DNA of 64,000 nt from Eledone cirrhosa. Taxonomy: Eukaryota. This document shows, in pieces, positions 43,833 through 58,422 of this stretch (within the stretch, counting starts at the first letter, position 1; each line of letters begins with the position of its first letter). Both the position numbers and the translations under genes were made by a program. The DNA is taken from positions 70,246,001 to 70,310,000 of the forward strand of contig OZ024744.1 in assembly GCA_964016885.1 (NCBI GenBank). Reading direction: 5' to 3'. The notes under the pieces were generated by a model. It made no database searches. It was given only the letters and a program-made list of their open reading frames with translations, and had not been told where the DNA came from.

Positions 43833-44085
43833 TATACACCCTGGTGACATATAGACAATTTTATTTCATAAATACATAATCTACATCTTATAATTGGGAA
43901 TTGGAATGTTGTAATGATAAATTATTTTAACGGTAGGACAGTCGCGCTTCAAGAGATATTATTTTTTCCTTTCGTTGATATTCTGTATATACATATGTTT
44001 ATATATATATATGTATATACATGTGTATATATATACACACACACACACACACACATTTGAAAATACATAGATACACACACATATA

Positions 44086-44146
<61 letters not shown>

Positions 44147-44360
44147 ATCTATGTATGTGTGCGTGTGTGTGTTTGTGCGTGTTTGAGTCTGCACACATCG
44201 TTATGTAAATAATATATATACATGTGTGTGCGTATATATGCGGCCACTATATAAATAATATGTATATACATGCATACTATAAAAATATGTATGTATATCT
44301 ATATATATATATATGTATACATATATATATGTATACATATGTATATGTATATATGTATGT

Positions 44361-44514
<154 letters not shown>

Positions 44515-45491
44515 ATATATTTATTATATATATTTATATATATATATTCAGGAAACCTACGTTAAATTTAATGTCGGTATAACTACAGTTTCTAAGACTT
44601 GCTGTGTTAATTTAAACAAATGTGAAAAACATTCTGTTATTCTCTTTTCTTACACAGAAAAACATAAGAAATTGCCTTTAGATATTTCATGGTCCATTAA
44701 CTCTTTATCGGATGACACGTTCCCTTGTGCGTCTTCTCAAGAAGAGGGATATAGTCAAACGCTATTTCCAACCATGACTTAACTAAAATGGCTAGTCTAA
44801 TTTGCATAATGGCATCTGTCGTGTATTAGAAAATCTAAGATGAATACAATGTAAATACAGTATTTTCGCTTTTTGCTCGAACTTGAAGTACGCGAATTCG
44901 CTTTAACGCCCGTTGAAAAAGTATTATCAAATATTCACATTGCGCGAATAACGCGCTATAACGCGTGTGGTTTTTTATTTTTTCAATTTATCAAAAAAAT
45001 ATTATAACATTTGAATTGACAAAGTAAATCATCAGAAATAATAATATAGTATATATTAGAGTTGCAATTCCATTAATTTGAATGGGGTAATTAGACTTGA
45101 ATTACGCTAATTTGCTTTACGCGTCGCGTTCACGAACGCGTCTTCGTGTAAAAAGAGAACAGACTGTATGCCTATAGTTTATAAGCCACGCTGGGATAAG
45201 TTAAACGAATATGAAATATGAAAACAGTGTTATTCTTTTACAGAGAAAATCATAAAGAATTGCCTATATATATGTTTCATGGTTAATTAATCGTTCATCA
45301 GATGACGACTACTCTTATCCTCACACTCACGCTGAGAGCTATAGACAAGCGCCATTTTGATAGGTACTTGTTTTAATATCTAGTTTGTGTCTTCTTTCAT
45401 TGGAATAGTATGTATTACGTAATTAAACACCTATATATTCGGTGTTGAGGATTCTTTTTTCTGATATATTTTACAGTTCACACATACATAT

Positions 45492-45579
<88 letters not shown>

Positions 45580-46116
45580 TACACACACACACACACATAT
45601 ATATATATGAGTGGGGTTATGGGTGTAACATATATGAATATATATTACACAGAGATAAAGCATCTGATAAAGAATACAAAATGTTGAGTGAAATATGTTT
45701 TATATGATAAACACGGCGCTCAGATGAAACACTAACGCGTGACGTTCTAGTAATTCACTTCTTTTCTTATATATATTTGTACATGTGTGTTGTACATGAA
45801 AATATGTATATTATATATACATATGGTCTTTACATAAATTTTTTTTTTAGATATATATATATATAATTATAAGTTTGAAGAATAGTCAGACAAAATATAT
45901 CCAATTCTTTTCCCCCCTTAGTCCGTAGAAATCAACTAGATAAATAATCATTTAAACGGAAGCTAAGTTTAAAATGTAACTTCAAACTTTTAATTTTGTA
46001 TAGATCTGATTGATAATTATTTACTTAACTCATATATATATTTGTGACTATGTTTAAATATATATATGTCCTTATGAATATGCTCGGCTCCTCAATCTAT
46101 CTTATTTCTCATTCTT

Positions 46117-46152
46117 TCTTCTGATGAAGGACTAGCGTCCGAAACGTTAAGA
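46117..46152 (+). ncRNA. Minimal hammerhead with extra A after A9
   Basis: TCTT-CTGATGA-A-GGAC(TAGC)GTCC-GAA-ACGT-T-AAGA. Confidence 0.8.
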
Positions 46153-46654
46153 CCCTCTTCCTGCTATATCAAGCGTTAACCTAATATATCCCTTCCATAT
46201 ACTGTACCGATTGTGTTGTTATTTCTGTTTACCTTCTACATATATATATATATATATATGTATGTATATATAATTGACCACTCATAGAATGACAACAGGA
46301 TCTAGGCTGCCGAGTGATGGCCGCGGGTGTAACCGGACATTTGGAAACTCTGCTTCGTAGAATCGATTTCAGAGTCAGGTTCGATCATTACATCGATCGT
46401 GTCTCGAGCTGGTCGTCAGAGAAACGATTGTAATATGTCTAATAAATTTTATTCGTCGCAACACTGATTCTCCGTTTCTTATGTGATATATATATATAGT
46501 TCTGAACGACTGTTGAAACGGCCGGAGCTCAGCCGTCGGGGTCCTGACTCTTTTCCTATTATCCACTCTACTACCCATAGAATCGAGTACTCTGGTGCGT
46601 TATGGTCCACCTGGTTCCTTACCACTCTTTCTTCGTTACATATATATATATATA

Positions 46655-46809
<155 letters not shown>

Positions 46810-46825
46810 TCATACACGGAACAAA

Positions 46826-46912
46826 AGCGCCACTCAATGTTTCAAAGCTCAATATTGATTATATCTCCTGATTGTAAGAGAGATCAAACTTGTAACCTAA
46901 TCTTCAGGCGCT
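46826..46912 (-). ncRNA. Hammerhead-like motif with G17 (probably inactive)
   Basis: AGCGC-CTGAAGA-long stem II-GAA-ACATTGAGT-G-GCGCT. Confidence 0.55.
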
Positions 46913-47229
46913 AATACGAGTTTATAAGATACCATTAAAAGTAATACGAAAAACGTATTATAACAAAGGGATATAACTCCACGATGTAAATTTAAAAAGC
47001 TAGATCATACTCGTGCTAGTGTTGGTATGCTATAGCAGAAGTATAGTATTATGTGGTGGAACGTAATATAGAGATGGTAATATTTATTAAGGTATGAAGT
47101 AGGGTAATATAGAAATTGTATTGTATTAGTTAAATATGGAAAAAGAAAGAAAATATATCAAATTAAGATGGTTGAAAATCAGTTGACCTTGTTAAGTATT
47201 TCTACTTAACAAGAAGTTGGCTTTTGATA

Positions 47230-47422
47230 TAATAATTGTTTCTATTTTTGACACAAGGCCAGCAATTACTCAGTGCATTACTGGTACTTTATTTTATCGA
47301 CACCCTAAGGATGAAAAGCAAAGTTAACCTCGGCGGGATTTGAACTCAGACTGGTAAGGGCCGTAACTCTATACGTCAAAGCATGGCGTCCGACCATCTA
47401 CCGATACTGCCAATCCACCGCC
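47230..47422 (-). mobile_element. tRNA-derived SINE, full length
   Basis: Major family. Confidence 0.9.
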
Positions 47423-47429
47423 CTTGATA

Positions 47430-48349
47430 TAATAATGAAATGAAATATTGTGTACAGTGCTCAGGTGCACTACAACTCATCAAAAAGTGTATGTATAATA
47501 CATAGGGTAATGTACAAACGTCAGGAAAATGAACAGTGCATGAGTCATGATATACGCAGGTGTAGTTTTGGCGAATTTCGGGAGCATGAGGGTTTTAAAG
47601 GATGCAGTGTCACGGCAGCAAACAACTGACGCGGGCAGTTTGTTCCATGCTTCAGCAACTCTGAGCGTGAAAAAATGTTTCCGAAAGTCATGGGAGCTGT
47701 GCTGTTTTCTGATTTTGTAGGCATGTCCACGTGTGTTAGACACATGGAGATCAAAAAGGTGCTCAGGGTTGCAATTGGCGAGATGGTTAATAACTTTGTG
47801 GGTATTCACCAAGTCCATTGCCAGACGTCGGAGCTTCAATGAATCCATGCCCAGGGAAGCAAGGCGTTAAGAGTATGGTAGGTGTCTGATGGAGGGTATG
47901 CGCTTGGTTGCACGTCTCTGAACAGTTTCCAGGAGGTCAATGTTCTGAGCAAGATAGGGGTTCCAGACTGGTGATGCGAATTCCAAGTTTGGTTGTACCA
48001 TAGCTGTATACAGCTTTAAATAGATGGCTGGCGAGCGGCTAACAAAGGTCTTGCTGAGTGATGCCAAGACACCCTCAGCCTTCTTGACAATCTTAGAGAC
48101 ATGCTTTGTCCAACGCAAATCGCTGCTGACAGTAATGCCCAGGCCACGTTCACAAGAGGACTTCTTGATATCAGTGTTGTAGAGGGAGTATGTGGACGCT
48201 GGATTTTTCCTCCCAAAATGCATGGTGGTACACTTGTCCACAGCCAGCTTCAGTTGCCAGTCTGTGATCCATTGCTGCATTGTGTCCAGGTCTGATTGTA
48301 GGAAAGGGTTGTAGATTTCAAGGTACAGCTTGATGTCATCTGCATATTT
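47430..48349 (-). pseudogene. CR1-type LINE 3' portion (RT from YADD to tail)
   Basis: KYADDIKLY, LYTAMVQPNLEFASPVWNPY, LETVQRRATK, NTRGHAYK, FFTLRVAEAWNKLP. Confidence 0.92.
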
Positions 48350-48611
48350 CAGTACCGTGGCATTCCACCAAAAATGTCGTTCTTTGAGTTCAGATAATTA
48401 TTTTTCGCAGATGACAAACCATGTAATAATCTAAATTTCTTACTAGCACAGTGTAAGCATTGGATCTTACAAGCATCTCCCAACAAAATATTTCCGGTCT
48501 CTTCCTGATTGAGCACTCTTTTCTTTTTTCCTTTATTACACCTAGTGATATTGCTACATACACACACATACATACACATATATATTACTGCATGCACACA
48601 CATACATACAC

Positions 48612-48717
<106 letters not shown>

Positions 48718-49397
48718 TTCCCAAGTAGTGTCGGGGGTAACCACAGTTAAAAGTATATATATATATATATAAATGACTTCTACAGGACTAAAACTGTGTC
48801 ATTCGTATGAGATCATCAGGAACGTCCTAATGATTCCATACGACCGGTAGATGTCATTTCTATATATATTATATATAATATATGTGTGTATGTGTGTGTG
48901 TGTGTGTGTGTGTTTGTGTGTGCCTGTGTGTCTGTGTGAGGGTGTGTATGAGGGTGTGTGTGCGTGTGTATGTATATATATATATAGCAAGTAAAGTTGA
49001 AAAAAAAAATTGCAATAGTGCATAAGATCTTATGCACTAAACTGCATTGCCCAGATGATAGCTGATGAGGGATATGAAGACTTTTGTGCATTCGTCAAAT
49101 GTATTATAATTTTTTTTATAATTCTCTTGTTCAACTTTGCTTTGCATTGCCCATATATAAACAATGTTTCCATTGGTCTTTCCAATTGCTAATACTATCT
49201 AACGGTCGCAACTCCAGGTAGAAGGAGCAACGTGAAATAAAGTGTCTTGCTCAAAGACACCGCATCACCCGGATTCGAAATCACACCCTCACGATTGTGA
49301 ATCCTATTCGCTACCCACTCAGCCACGTGCCTTCAATATGTATATAAATATATATATATATATTATACACACACACACACACACACACATTATATAT

Positions 49398-49655
49398 GGT
49401 GCTACTGGTAACATGTATCCCAGTACAACCTGTCTCATGGTCGGGTCCTTGGCGACTAAACTGGCAACCCCACCAAGGTTTCTTGGTGAGGAGGGTGACT
49501 TTGGACATCCTGCAGGACTAAAAACAAAACCTGTCAAAGAGCAAAGGAGCTCTTAAGAGTCAATGGCCATCCAAAATCACCGGGAGAGATGACCCCTTAG
49601 CCTTTGTCAAGGCAGAATTCTAGGAGAAGGAAAACTCTGACATAACACCTGCAAC
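49398..49655 (+). mobile_element. RTE-related non-autonomous element, 5' part
   Basis: Reverse complement of 52290-52545. Confidence 0.7.
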
Positions 49656-49893
49656 ATATATATATATATATATATATATATTTGGGGAGGGTCATATTTG
49701 CGTAATATTGCCAGAATTAATAACAGAACACACTCACTGTTTGGTTGGTTTTCGCTTCTCGCTGTCTTTTATATATATATATATCTGCGATCTAACTTAC
49801 TCGGTCCTCAATGTTGCCATTGACTGACCGGCGGTCAAAAATAATACAGATACAATATAGACAAACACATATATATATAGTTTACATAATTTA

Positions 49894-49931
49894 CATAAAT
49901 CTTTCGTTGCACATCTGCAACATCGTCAGTG
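49894..49931 (-). ncRNA. Hammerhead in PLE 3' region
   Basis: CA-CTGACGA-T-GTTGCA(GATG)TGCAAC-GAA-AGATTT-A-TG. Confidence 0.7.
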
Positions 49932-50200
49932 GTGTTATATTCATTGTTCCTCCTGTTGTGTTGTATGTCTACGCCATTTTTTTGTTCAGTCTGTCTATAT
50001 ATTTATTTATTTATTTGCTTGTTTGTTTATCTTATTTTATTTTGTCTTCTTTGCGCATGCGTTTGCGTGTGTGTATAGTGTTATGTGTGATGTGTGACTA
50101 GTGTGTATAGTGTTGTGTCTGCTGGGTGACTAGTGTGTGTTTATGTGCTTGTGTATGTATTTATTTATCTTATTTTATTTAATTTAATTTACTTATTTAT

Positions 50201-50675
50201 TTATACTTCTCTTAGGTCAGTGTTGTTTGTTTGGGTGTTGTTGTTGTTCCACTCATTCTTTCTGTTTAGCTTTGGTCTTCTAATTTCTATTTCACTGGCC
50301 TCTCTGATTTGCCTATCTGCTGGGTCATTCCTATGTTTAGATATTATTCTAATTTCTATGTTGTCTATGTTACCGTCATGTTGTTGTCTAGCATGTTCGT
50401 ATAGTACTGACCCGTTTTTTCGTCCTTTTAGTTCCCCCCAGTGTTGGTCTATCCTTTCACCTATGCTACGAGCTGTCTCACCTATGTATGTTGTTGTCGT
50501 GTTTCTGCAAGTACCCTCTGTACATCTTATGCTATAGACTACGTTTCTAGTTTTACAGTTTATCCGGGGGTTCACCTTACATATGATACATTTCCTATTG
50601 GTACAGTGGGTTTTCTTAAAAGGGTAGGTTTTGCTGATCAGGGATTTTATGGTGGTTCCTGGCTTTTCTACCAAT
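50201..50675 (-). pseudogene. PLE GIY-YIG endonuclease C-terminal fragment with Cys-rich linker (Neptune-like)
   Basis: CTNRKCIIC..CKTRNVVYSIRC...C...YIGETARSIGERIDQH..HARQQH..RQIREASEI..PKLN. Confidence 0.9.
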
Positions 50676-50715
50676 ATCTGTTTCGACACACGATTTCATA
50701 TAAAAAACCTCGCAA

Positions 50716-50791
<76 letters not shown>

Positions 50792-50794
<3 letters not shown>

Positions 50795-51129
50795 AACAAG
50801 TAAGACCCCGACAGCAGAGCTCAAGCCGTTTCGACGGCTAATTCTGTACTAATTGAGTACAGAATTAGCCGTCGAAACGGCTTGAGCTCAGCCGTCGGGG
50901 TCTTACTTGTTCCTATTACCCACTCTACTACCCTAAGTATTGAGTACTTTGGTGCGTTATGGTCCACCTGGTTCCTTACCACATTTCCTTCGTTATATAT
51001 ACATATATATATATATAACGAAGGAGTTGTGGTAAGGAACCAGATGGACCATAACGCACCAGAGTACTCAATACTTAGGGTAGTAGAGTGGGTAATAGGC
51101 TCTGCCGTCGGGGTCATACTTTCTCCTAT
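50792..51129. mobile_element. Two adjacent family A elements forming nested palindromes
   Basis: 50792-50994 and 51016-51129. Confidence 0.8.
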
Positions 51130-51950
51130 ATATATATATACATATTAAAATAACAGATTGAAGTTTAAACAAAGAATCGCTGCTTTTACCCTTAACGGGA
51201 TCTTCTGAAACTAAAAAAATTAATCCGTGAACGCAGAAGTATTTTAATACATATTTGCTCTAGGGTTCTTATATATTTATCCTTATCGAGCCCTTTTTGG
51301 ATTTTGGTCCTCACATTAATTATTATTACTATATATATATATATAAAGAGAGAGAGAGGGGGGGGGGAGATAATTACATGATGGCTGCATCTCTATTTCG
51401 AGAATTACCATCACTTTTTTCTCGCATATTGGTGACATAAACTTGATATTTAAGCCCTGCCAAGGACTTACATTTTTATCTGCATAAGTTGTCGCGAAAC
51501 AAAATACCCTTTTTCGTCTACGGCCAACCATGCTCACCCAAAATTGTGTAAATCAAGTGATTTTTAAAGTAATGAAAGGCCTTGCATTGGACCATTCTTC
51601 TTACTCTCTGAAAAATGGTGACAGGTATCCAAAAAGAAGAATAGACCAACATCACTGGTTGCCATCGAGTCTGAGGTTTAAACACCAGAGTTTTCCTTCT
51701 CCTAGAATGATGTGCTAACAAGAACTAAGAGTCTCCCAAACGGTGCATTTCCTTGTCCTCGCGCATACATACATATATGCTTACATGATGGCTGCCCCCT
51801 CCCCCCCCCCCCTTCGTCGTTATCGAGTATGGTCATTACACGATATACCATTATTAATAATTATCAATTAATGCTATCGTGCAATGCCTGTGCGTGACGA
51901 TTTTTTTTTAAGTAAGGAAAGACTGTTATGCCTACATACATACATACATA

Positions 51951-52560
51951 TGTTGTGGCTGCCAACTCGTTTTCGAGTACGGCCACTACTTTATGTCCAT
52001 GTAGGAGAACCCCTACCGATGCGCTGAACGAGTCTGACTTTTTAGTCCAGCCAGCGACTTGAAAACTCTGGTACAAACACTACACTTGTGACAATTATTG
52101 ACACATAGTGCTGGGCCCATGGTACCATGTGACAACAAGTGCAGAGAGATCTCCAGATATAAAGCAATGCCTGTGCCGTGAAGCTTTTATAGTGAGCAAA
52201 TGCACTGCACAAAACCAGTCCCACTCTCTTAACCAAGATGATATTTACCAAAAAGAAGAACAAGTCAACATCATTGGATACCATCAGGGTTGCAGGTGTT
52301 ATATCAGAGTTTTCCTTCTCCTAGAATTCTACCTTGACAAAGGCTAAGGGGTCATCGCTCCCGGTGATTTTGGATGGCCATTGACTCTTAAGAGCTCCTT
52401 TGCCCTTTGACAGGTTTTGTTTTTAGTTCTGCAGGATGTCCAAAGTCACCCTTCTCACCAAGAAACCTTGGTGGGGTTGCCAGTTTAGTCGCCAAAGACC
52501 CGACCATGAGACAGGTTGTACTGGGATACATGTTACCAGTAGCACCAACTGGTGACCTGA
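51951..52560 (-). mobile_element. Apparently full-length (about 600 bp) RTE-related non-autonomous element
   Basis: Longest copy; RTE 5'UTR-like TAAACTGGCAACCCC..CTAGGAGAAGGAAAACTCTGA and (TATG)n tail. Confidence 0.7.
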
Positions 52561-53999
52561 CATACATATATATATACACATACATACATACATACATACA
52601 TACATACATACATACATACATACATACATACATACATACAGACTTACATACAACCACCACTTGCAGTCAAACCTTGTGTATATATATATAAAATAAGAGG
52701 GGACTTTATAACATGTACAAAATGTTGTTTAGCATAGCTTTCTCAGTTTTAGATTTTCAAAACGTTTCTTTTTAATATTAATTGTCCTTTCGTCCAGACT
52801 CCTGCATATTGTTTTTCGAATTCATGGTTAGGGTCGCTTCAAAACACACATATTGGTTATGTAAGCATGTAAACTGCCAGTTATAAGTATTTTTCTGTAG
52901 GTTTCGACAAGATGTGTGTGTGTGAGTGAGTATATATATATATATATATTATTTGAAACAGTAAACAGAAAAAACAACAACGAGGAAACGAAGAGGCGGT
53001 ACAAAATGTTAATATTAGTTTCATATATATATGAAAAGATTCAGGACCCCGACGGCTGAGATCCGGCCGTTTCGACAGCTTGAGCTCAGCCGCCGAGGTC
53101 CGGAATCTTTTCATATTACCTACTCTACTACTTTAAGTATCGAGTGCTTTGGTGGGTTATGGTCTACTTGGTATTTTACCACACTCTTTCTGAAAAAGAA
53201 AGAAAAATAGGTGACACATGTACCCTGCCCACAAGCAATAGCCTAAAATCCAATGTACCATGAAAGCAACATCTAATTGTAAACCTAACCCAAGGTCCTT
53301 TCTAAACCTCATGCACCTGATCCTTCACCGCAACCATGGACAACACGCACCTAGAGCAGCATTCACGACCGCTCTAAATTGCCAGGCATCACTACCACTG
53401 AGTATCTTTCCTAGCAAAGGTGCCTTCTCAATATTGTGGTTAAGTGACGGAGTTGTTAAAGTGTACTGTAAAAGGCTTTTCGATATTCTGAGTTCAAATC
53501 TCTCCGATGTCAATTTTGTCTTTCATTTTTTCGGGGTCAATAAAATAAAGTTCCGGCCCCAGGCGAGGGATGAGATGTCTTATGATATTTATTCCGGAAT
53601 TTTGCATTCAGAATTGTGGCAGATGTTATCTATCATCTGGTTTAACATTACCACATGACCTTTGAATATTTTTAGTAGAGTTTAATGTTTTGTAATCATA
53701 AGGACCATGTCCCCGAATTGAGGCTGAATTCTTCTCTTCCTCACACCAGTCACAGAGTCTCTGTAATATATAAAAGGTGATGGGTGCTGACCTCCTCTCC
53801 CCGACTAAATAATGATGAAAAGGATTTTCATCTTGGACACTGATGCTGCTCCACATATAGGAAGATCCTAGACACACACCAGTAATGACCCTTAATTTCG
53901 AAGTCAGAAAATGCTTCATTTCTCAGCAATATACATTTATGTGAAGCGGAATATACAACACTTACGTGAGACGCATAATACATTACTGTTCCAAGATAA

Positions 54000-54285
54000 T
54001 AATAATGAAAATTACTGTGTACAGTACTCAGGTGCACTACAACTCATCAAAGGTGCGTGTATAGTACATATAATAATGTACAACTGTCAGGAAAGTGAAC
54101 AGTGTATTAGTCATGATATACACACAGATACATGTGTGCGTGCGTATGTAAGGGGAATATCAGGTGTAGTGTTGGCGAATTTCGGGAGTATGGAAGTTTT
54201 AAAGGATGCGGTGTCTCGACAGCTAACATCTGATGCAGGTAGTTTGTTCTATGCTTCAGCAACTCTGAGCGTGAAAAAAAATCTC
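54000..54285 (-). mobile_element. CR1-type LINE 3' end
   Basis: Homologous to 47430-47675. Confidence 0.8.
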
Positions 54286-54292
54286 GAATAGA

Positions 54293-54801
54293 ATTTAAAA
54301 TAGCTGCCAATTTTCCCTCAAATCACACCCTCTGTTAACTTTAAAAAACACTAAAACGTTAAAAGTCGCGACCAAAACTCTCCTAAATCCCATTCCCAGT
54401 CTTAAAAAAAAAACTAGCGTTAAAAATAGCAACCAAATATCACTTAAATCAGATCCTACTGTCTTTGAAAATGCGAAATTTCTTTTTAACAATTTAATTT
54501 CTTTCAAATCACATGCGAATGATATCTTAAATAATATTGAAATATAAAAAAAAAAATAGATAAATATCCTTCAAATAACATCCTACTGATTAAGAAAATG
54601 CATTCAAATTACCTCACAAATTACACCCTAATCTATATTCATACTCAGGCATAGCTGTAAAGTTAAGAGATTTGCTTTGTTATCAAATGATTTCGGGTTC
54701 AGTCCCACTGCATGGTACCTTGCGTATGAGTATTTTACTCTATATAGATTAGGGTATAATTTGCGAGGTAATTTGAATGCATTTTCTTAAACAGTAGGAT
54801 G

Positions 54802-54806
<5 letters not shown>
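54293..54806. repeat. About 50-bp tandem subrepeat array ending in an inverted repeat
   Basis: AAATAGCAGCCAAATCTCCCTCAAATCACACCCTACTGTCTT-like units; arms 54575-54636 and 54742-54806. Confidence 0.7.
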
Positions 54807-54836
<30 letters not shown>

Positions 54837-55006
54837 TTAAAAGCAATAATGGAATATGTATTATTGCTAGGTATCTATATTTGAAGTTTTTGTTCAATTT
54901 TAATGTGCTACCTTTTGTAATTATATGCTCTTAGATTCTTTTTTAAAAAATTATCTCCTGTTATTGTTTGATATATTTATTCATATAGATATGTCAATTG
55001 GTCATT

Positions 55007-55085
<79 letters not shown>

Positions 55086-55096
55086 TACATTCTTGT

Positions 55097-55128
55097 CTGA
55101 TGACCCTGTGATAAATAGGCGAAATATA

Positions 55129-55129
<1 letters not shown>
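55097..55129 (+). ncRNA. Truncated hammerhead core between microsatellites
   Basis: CTGATGA-C-CCTG..TAGG-C-GAA-ATATAT; 3' side lost. Confidence 0.45.
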
Positions 55130-55185
<56 letters not shown>

Positions 55186-55189
<4 letters not shown>

Positions 55190-55509
55190 AAAAAGAGATG
55201 AAATCGAAAATGCAACTGAAGTCTTATTTTTAAAAAAAATATATATATTTATTTGGTTCCTTTACCGGTTTCGCAGTTCTTCTGCTTTTCAAAAGGTGAG
55301 TTGAGATGGAGGGTCTGTGGTTTTTCTCCATCTCAACTCACCTTTTGAAAAGCAGAAGAACTGCGAAACCGGTAAAGGAACCAAATAAATATATATATTT
55401 TTTTTAAAAATAAGACTTCAGTTGCATTTTCGATTTCATCTCTTTTTCTTTATAGTTTCACTCGTGTAGGACACCTCGGTTATTTTTCATTTTGTAAAAA
55501 AAACCTCAC

Positions 55510-55515
<6 letters not shown>
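55186..55515 (+). mobile_element. Family E fold-back element with two divergent U3-A8 hammerheads
   Basis: Plus 55341-55378 CCTT-TTGAAAA-GCAG(AAGAA)CTGC-GAA-ACCGGT-A-AAGG; minus 55259-55296. Confidence 0.8.
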
Positions 55516-55550
<35 letters not shown>

Positions 55551-55676
55551 TACACATATATACATAAGCATGGCTGGCTAGGCGTGATTTCTTTTAACTC
55601 CGTTTTCCTTTTTTTTCATATCGTCTGTCTTTCTTCTTCGACCCTCTCTCAAATATTATCTCCTCTCTTTGTATCT

Positions 55677-55823
55677 ATCTTCCGAAAAGGGTCTAGCACC
55701 CGAAAACATCAAAACTTCTTCTTTTTTTTTCTGACTTCTTATAACCGTTATACTGGTGCTATATTTTATGTTCTTGACTTCGCTTTTTATCTGGTGAAGG
55801 ACCAACGTCCGATACGTTGAAAC
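55677..55823 (+). ncRNA. Two tandem degenerate hammerheads
   Basis: CCGAAAA-GGGT(CTAGC)ACCC-GAAA and CTGGTGA-A-GGAC(CAAC)GTCC-GATACGT. Confidence 0.5.
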
Positions 55824-55924
55824 ATTATTTTTCCCATCCCACAAGCGTCATACTAATAATACTTTGTGTAATTTTTCACTGTATTTGTCTTTCCGCTTTA
55901 GATATTGGACTATATACTTATGGT

Positions 55925-55961
<37 letters not shown>

Positions 55962-56868
55962 CTGTCTGTCCGTATCTGTGATTAGATGTTCGATAATATA
56001 AAGAGCAATGAAATAATTGTTTCTACTTTTTGTCACAAGGCCAGCAATTACCCAAGTGTATTACTGGTACTTTATTTTATCGACCCCGTAAGGATGAAAG
56101 GCAATGTTAACCTCGGCGGGATTTGAACTCAGTCCGTAAAGGGAAGTAACTCTTTGCTGCAAAAGCATGGCGTCCGCCCCTCTACCGAAACTGCCAAACC
56201 ACCGCCCAAAGAGCAATGAAATAATGATTTCTAGTATAGGCACAAGGCCAGTAATGTTATGGGAGGGGGGGAAGACGATTAAATCGAGCCCAGTGCATTA
56301 CTGGTACTTTACTTTATCGAACTAGCCAAAGCGGGATTTGAACACAAGATTTGAACATGTGTTACGTAAAGGGCCGTAACTCTGTGCTGAAAAGCATGTT
56401 ATCCGACGCTAAGCGGTTCTAGGGTCGATATGATCAAGTAAAGTCTTGGTGGCGTAGTTGTACTCCAATAATTAAAATCTATAAAACAGTAAAAGAGTAT
56501 GTATATATATATATATATATATAATTGTTTCTACTTTTGGCACAAGGCCAGCAATTACCCAGTGTATTACTGGTACTTTATTTTATCGACCCCGTAAGGA
56601 TGAAAGGCAAAGTTAACCTCGACGGGATTTGAACTCAGAATGGCAAGGGCCGTAACTCTATGCGTCAAAGCATGGCGTCCGACACTCTACCGATACTGCC
56701 AATAATGAAAGTAGTATATATATATATATAATTGTTTCTACTTTTGGCACAAGGCCAGCAATTACCAGTGCATTACTGGTACTTTATTATATATATATAT
56801 AATAAGGAGTTGACGAACCCAGCATATTTATCAGTGCCAGTACCGGTTGTATCTCAGCGTATATATAT

Positions 56869-57645
<777 letters not shown>

Positions 57646-57673
57646 TATATATATATGTATGTATGTATATGTG

Positions 57674-57722
<49 letters not shown>

Positions 57723-57931
57723 CTTTGATTAGTGATCTTTCCGGGCTTAGCTCTGTAGAATATATATATATATATATATGGGTGTGTGTGTGTGTATAGA
57801 GAGAGAGATGGATAGATGGATTAGATATAATATATATATGTGTCTGTGTATATATTTATATATTTATATATATATATAATGTGTTGTGAAGGCGGTAAGT
57901 ATGTGTGTGGGAATCTATATATATATATGTC

Positions 57932-57972
<41 letters not shown>

Positions 57973-58084
57973 ACATCCATATATGCATGTGTATGTGTGT
58001 GTATATGTGTAATATAAAGGCATAACTATATATAATATATATTACATACATATACATATTATATATTACATATAATATATATTT

Positions 58085-58145
<61 letters not shown>

Positions 58146-58371
58146 CACACACATACATTCATACACTCAGAGATATACATATACATATACATACATACAT
58201 ACATATATTTATATATTTCCTGTGAGAATACAACCAAAAAAGTCATCACGGCCAAGCAAGATAATCGTCTCCTGGCGCCACAAACATATTACTTTAGTAC
58301 AAAATCCTAGGTCTGTAAATATATATATGTACATATATATATATATATATATATGTAAATATATATATGTG

Positions 58372-58422
<51 letters not shown>

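Larger units (their letters stand above)
49683..50718 (-). mobile_element. 5'-truncated Penelope-like element in (TA)n with inverted terminal segment
   Basis: GIY-YIG ORF, downstream hammerhead, termini matching 57510-57645 in opposite orientations. Confidence 0.85.

Noticed and set aside
49017-49120. 24-bp palindrome followed by CTGATGAG
   Set aside because: No GAAA or convincing stems; at best a decayed remnant.
52478-52560. HDV-like ribozyme at the 5' end of the RTE-related element (CCAGT/ACTGG, CTAA)
   Set aside because: Could not build consistent P1, P3 and L3 by eye; needs a descriptor search.
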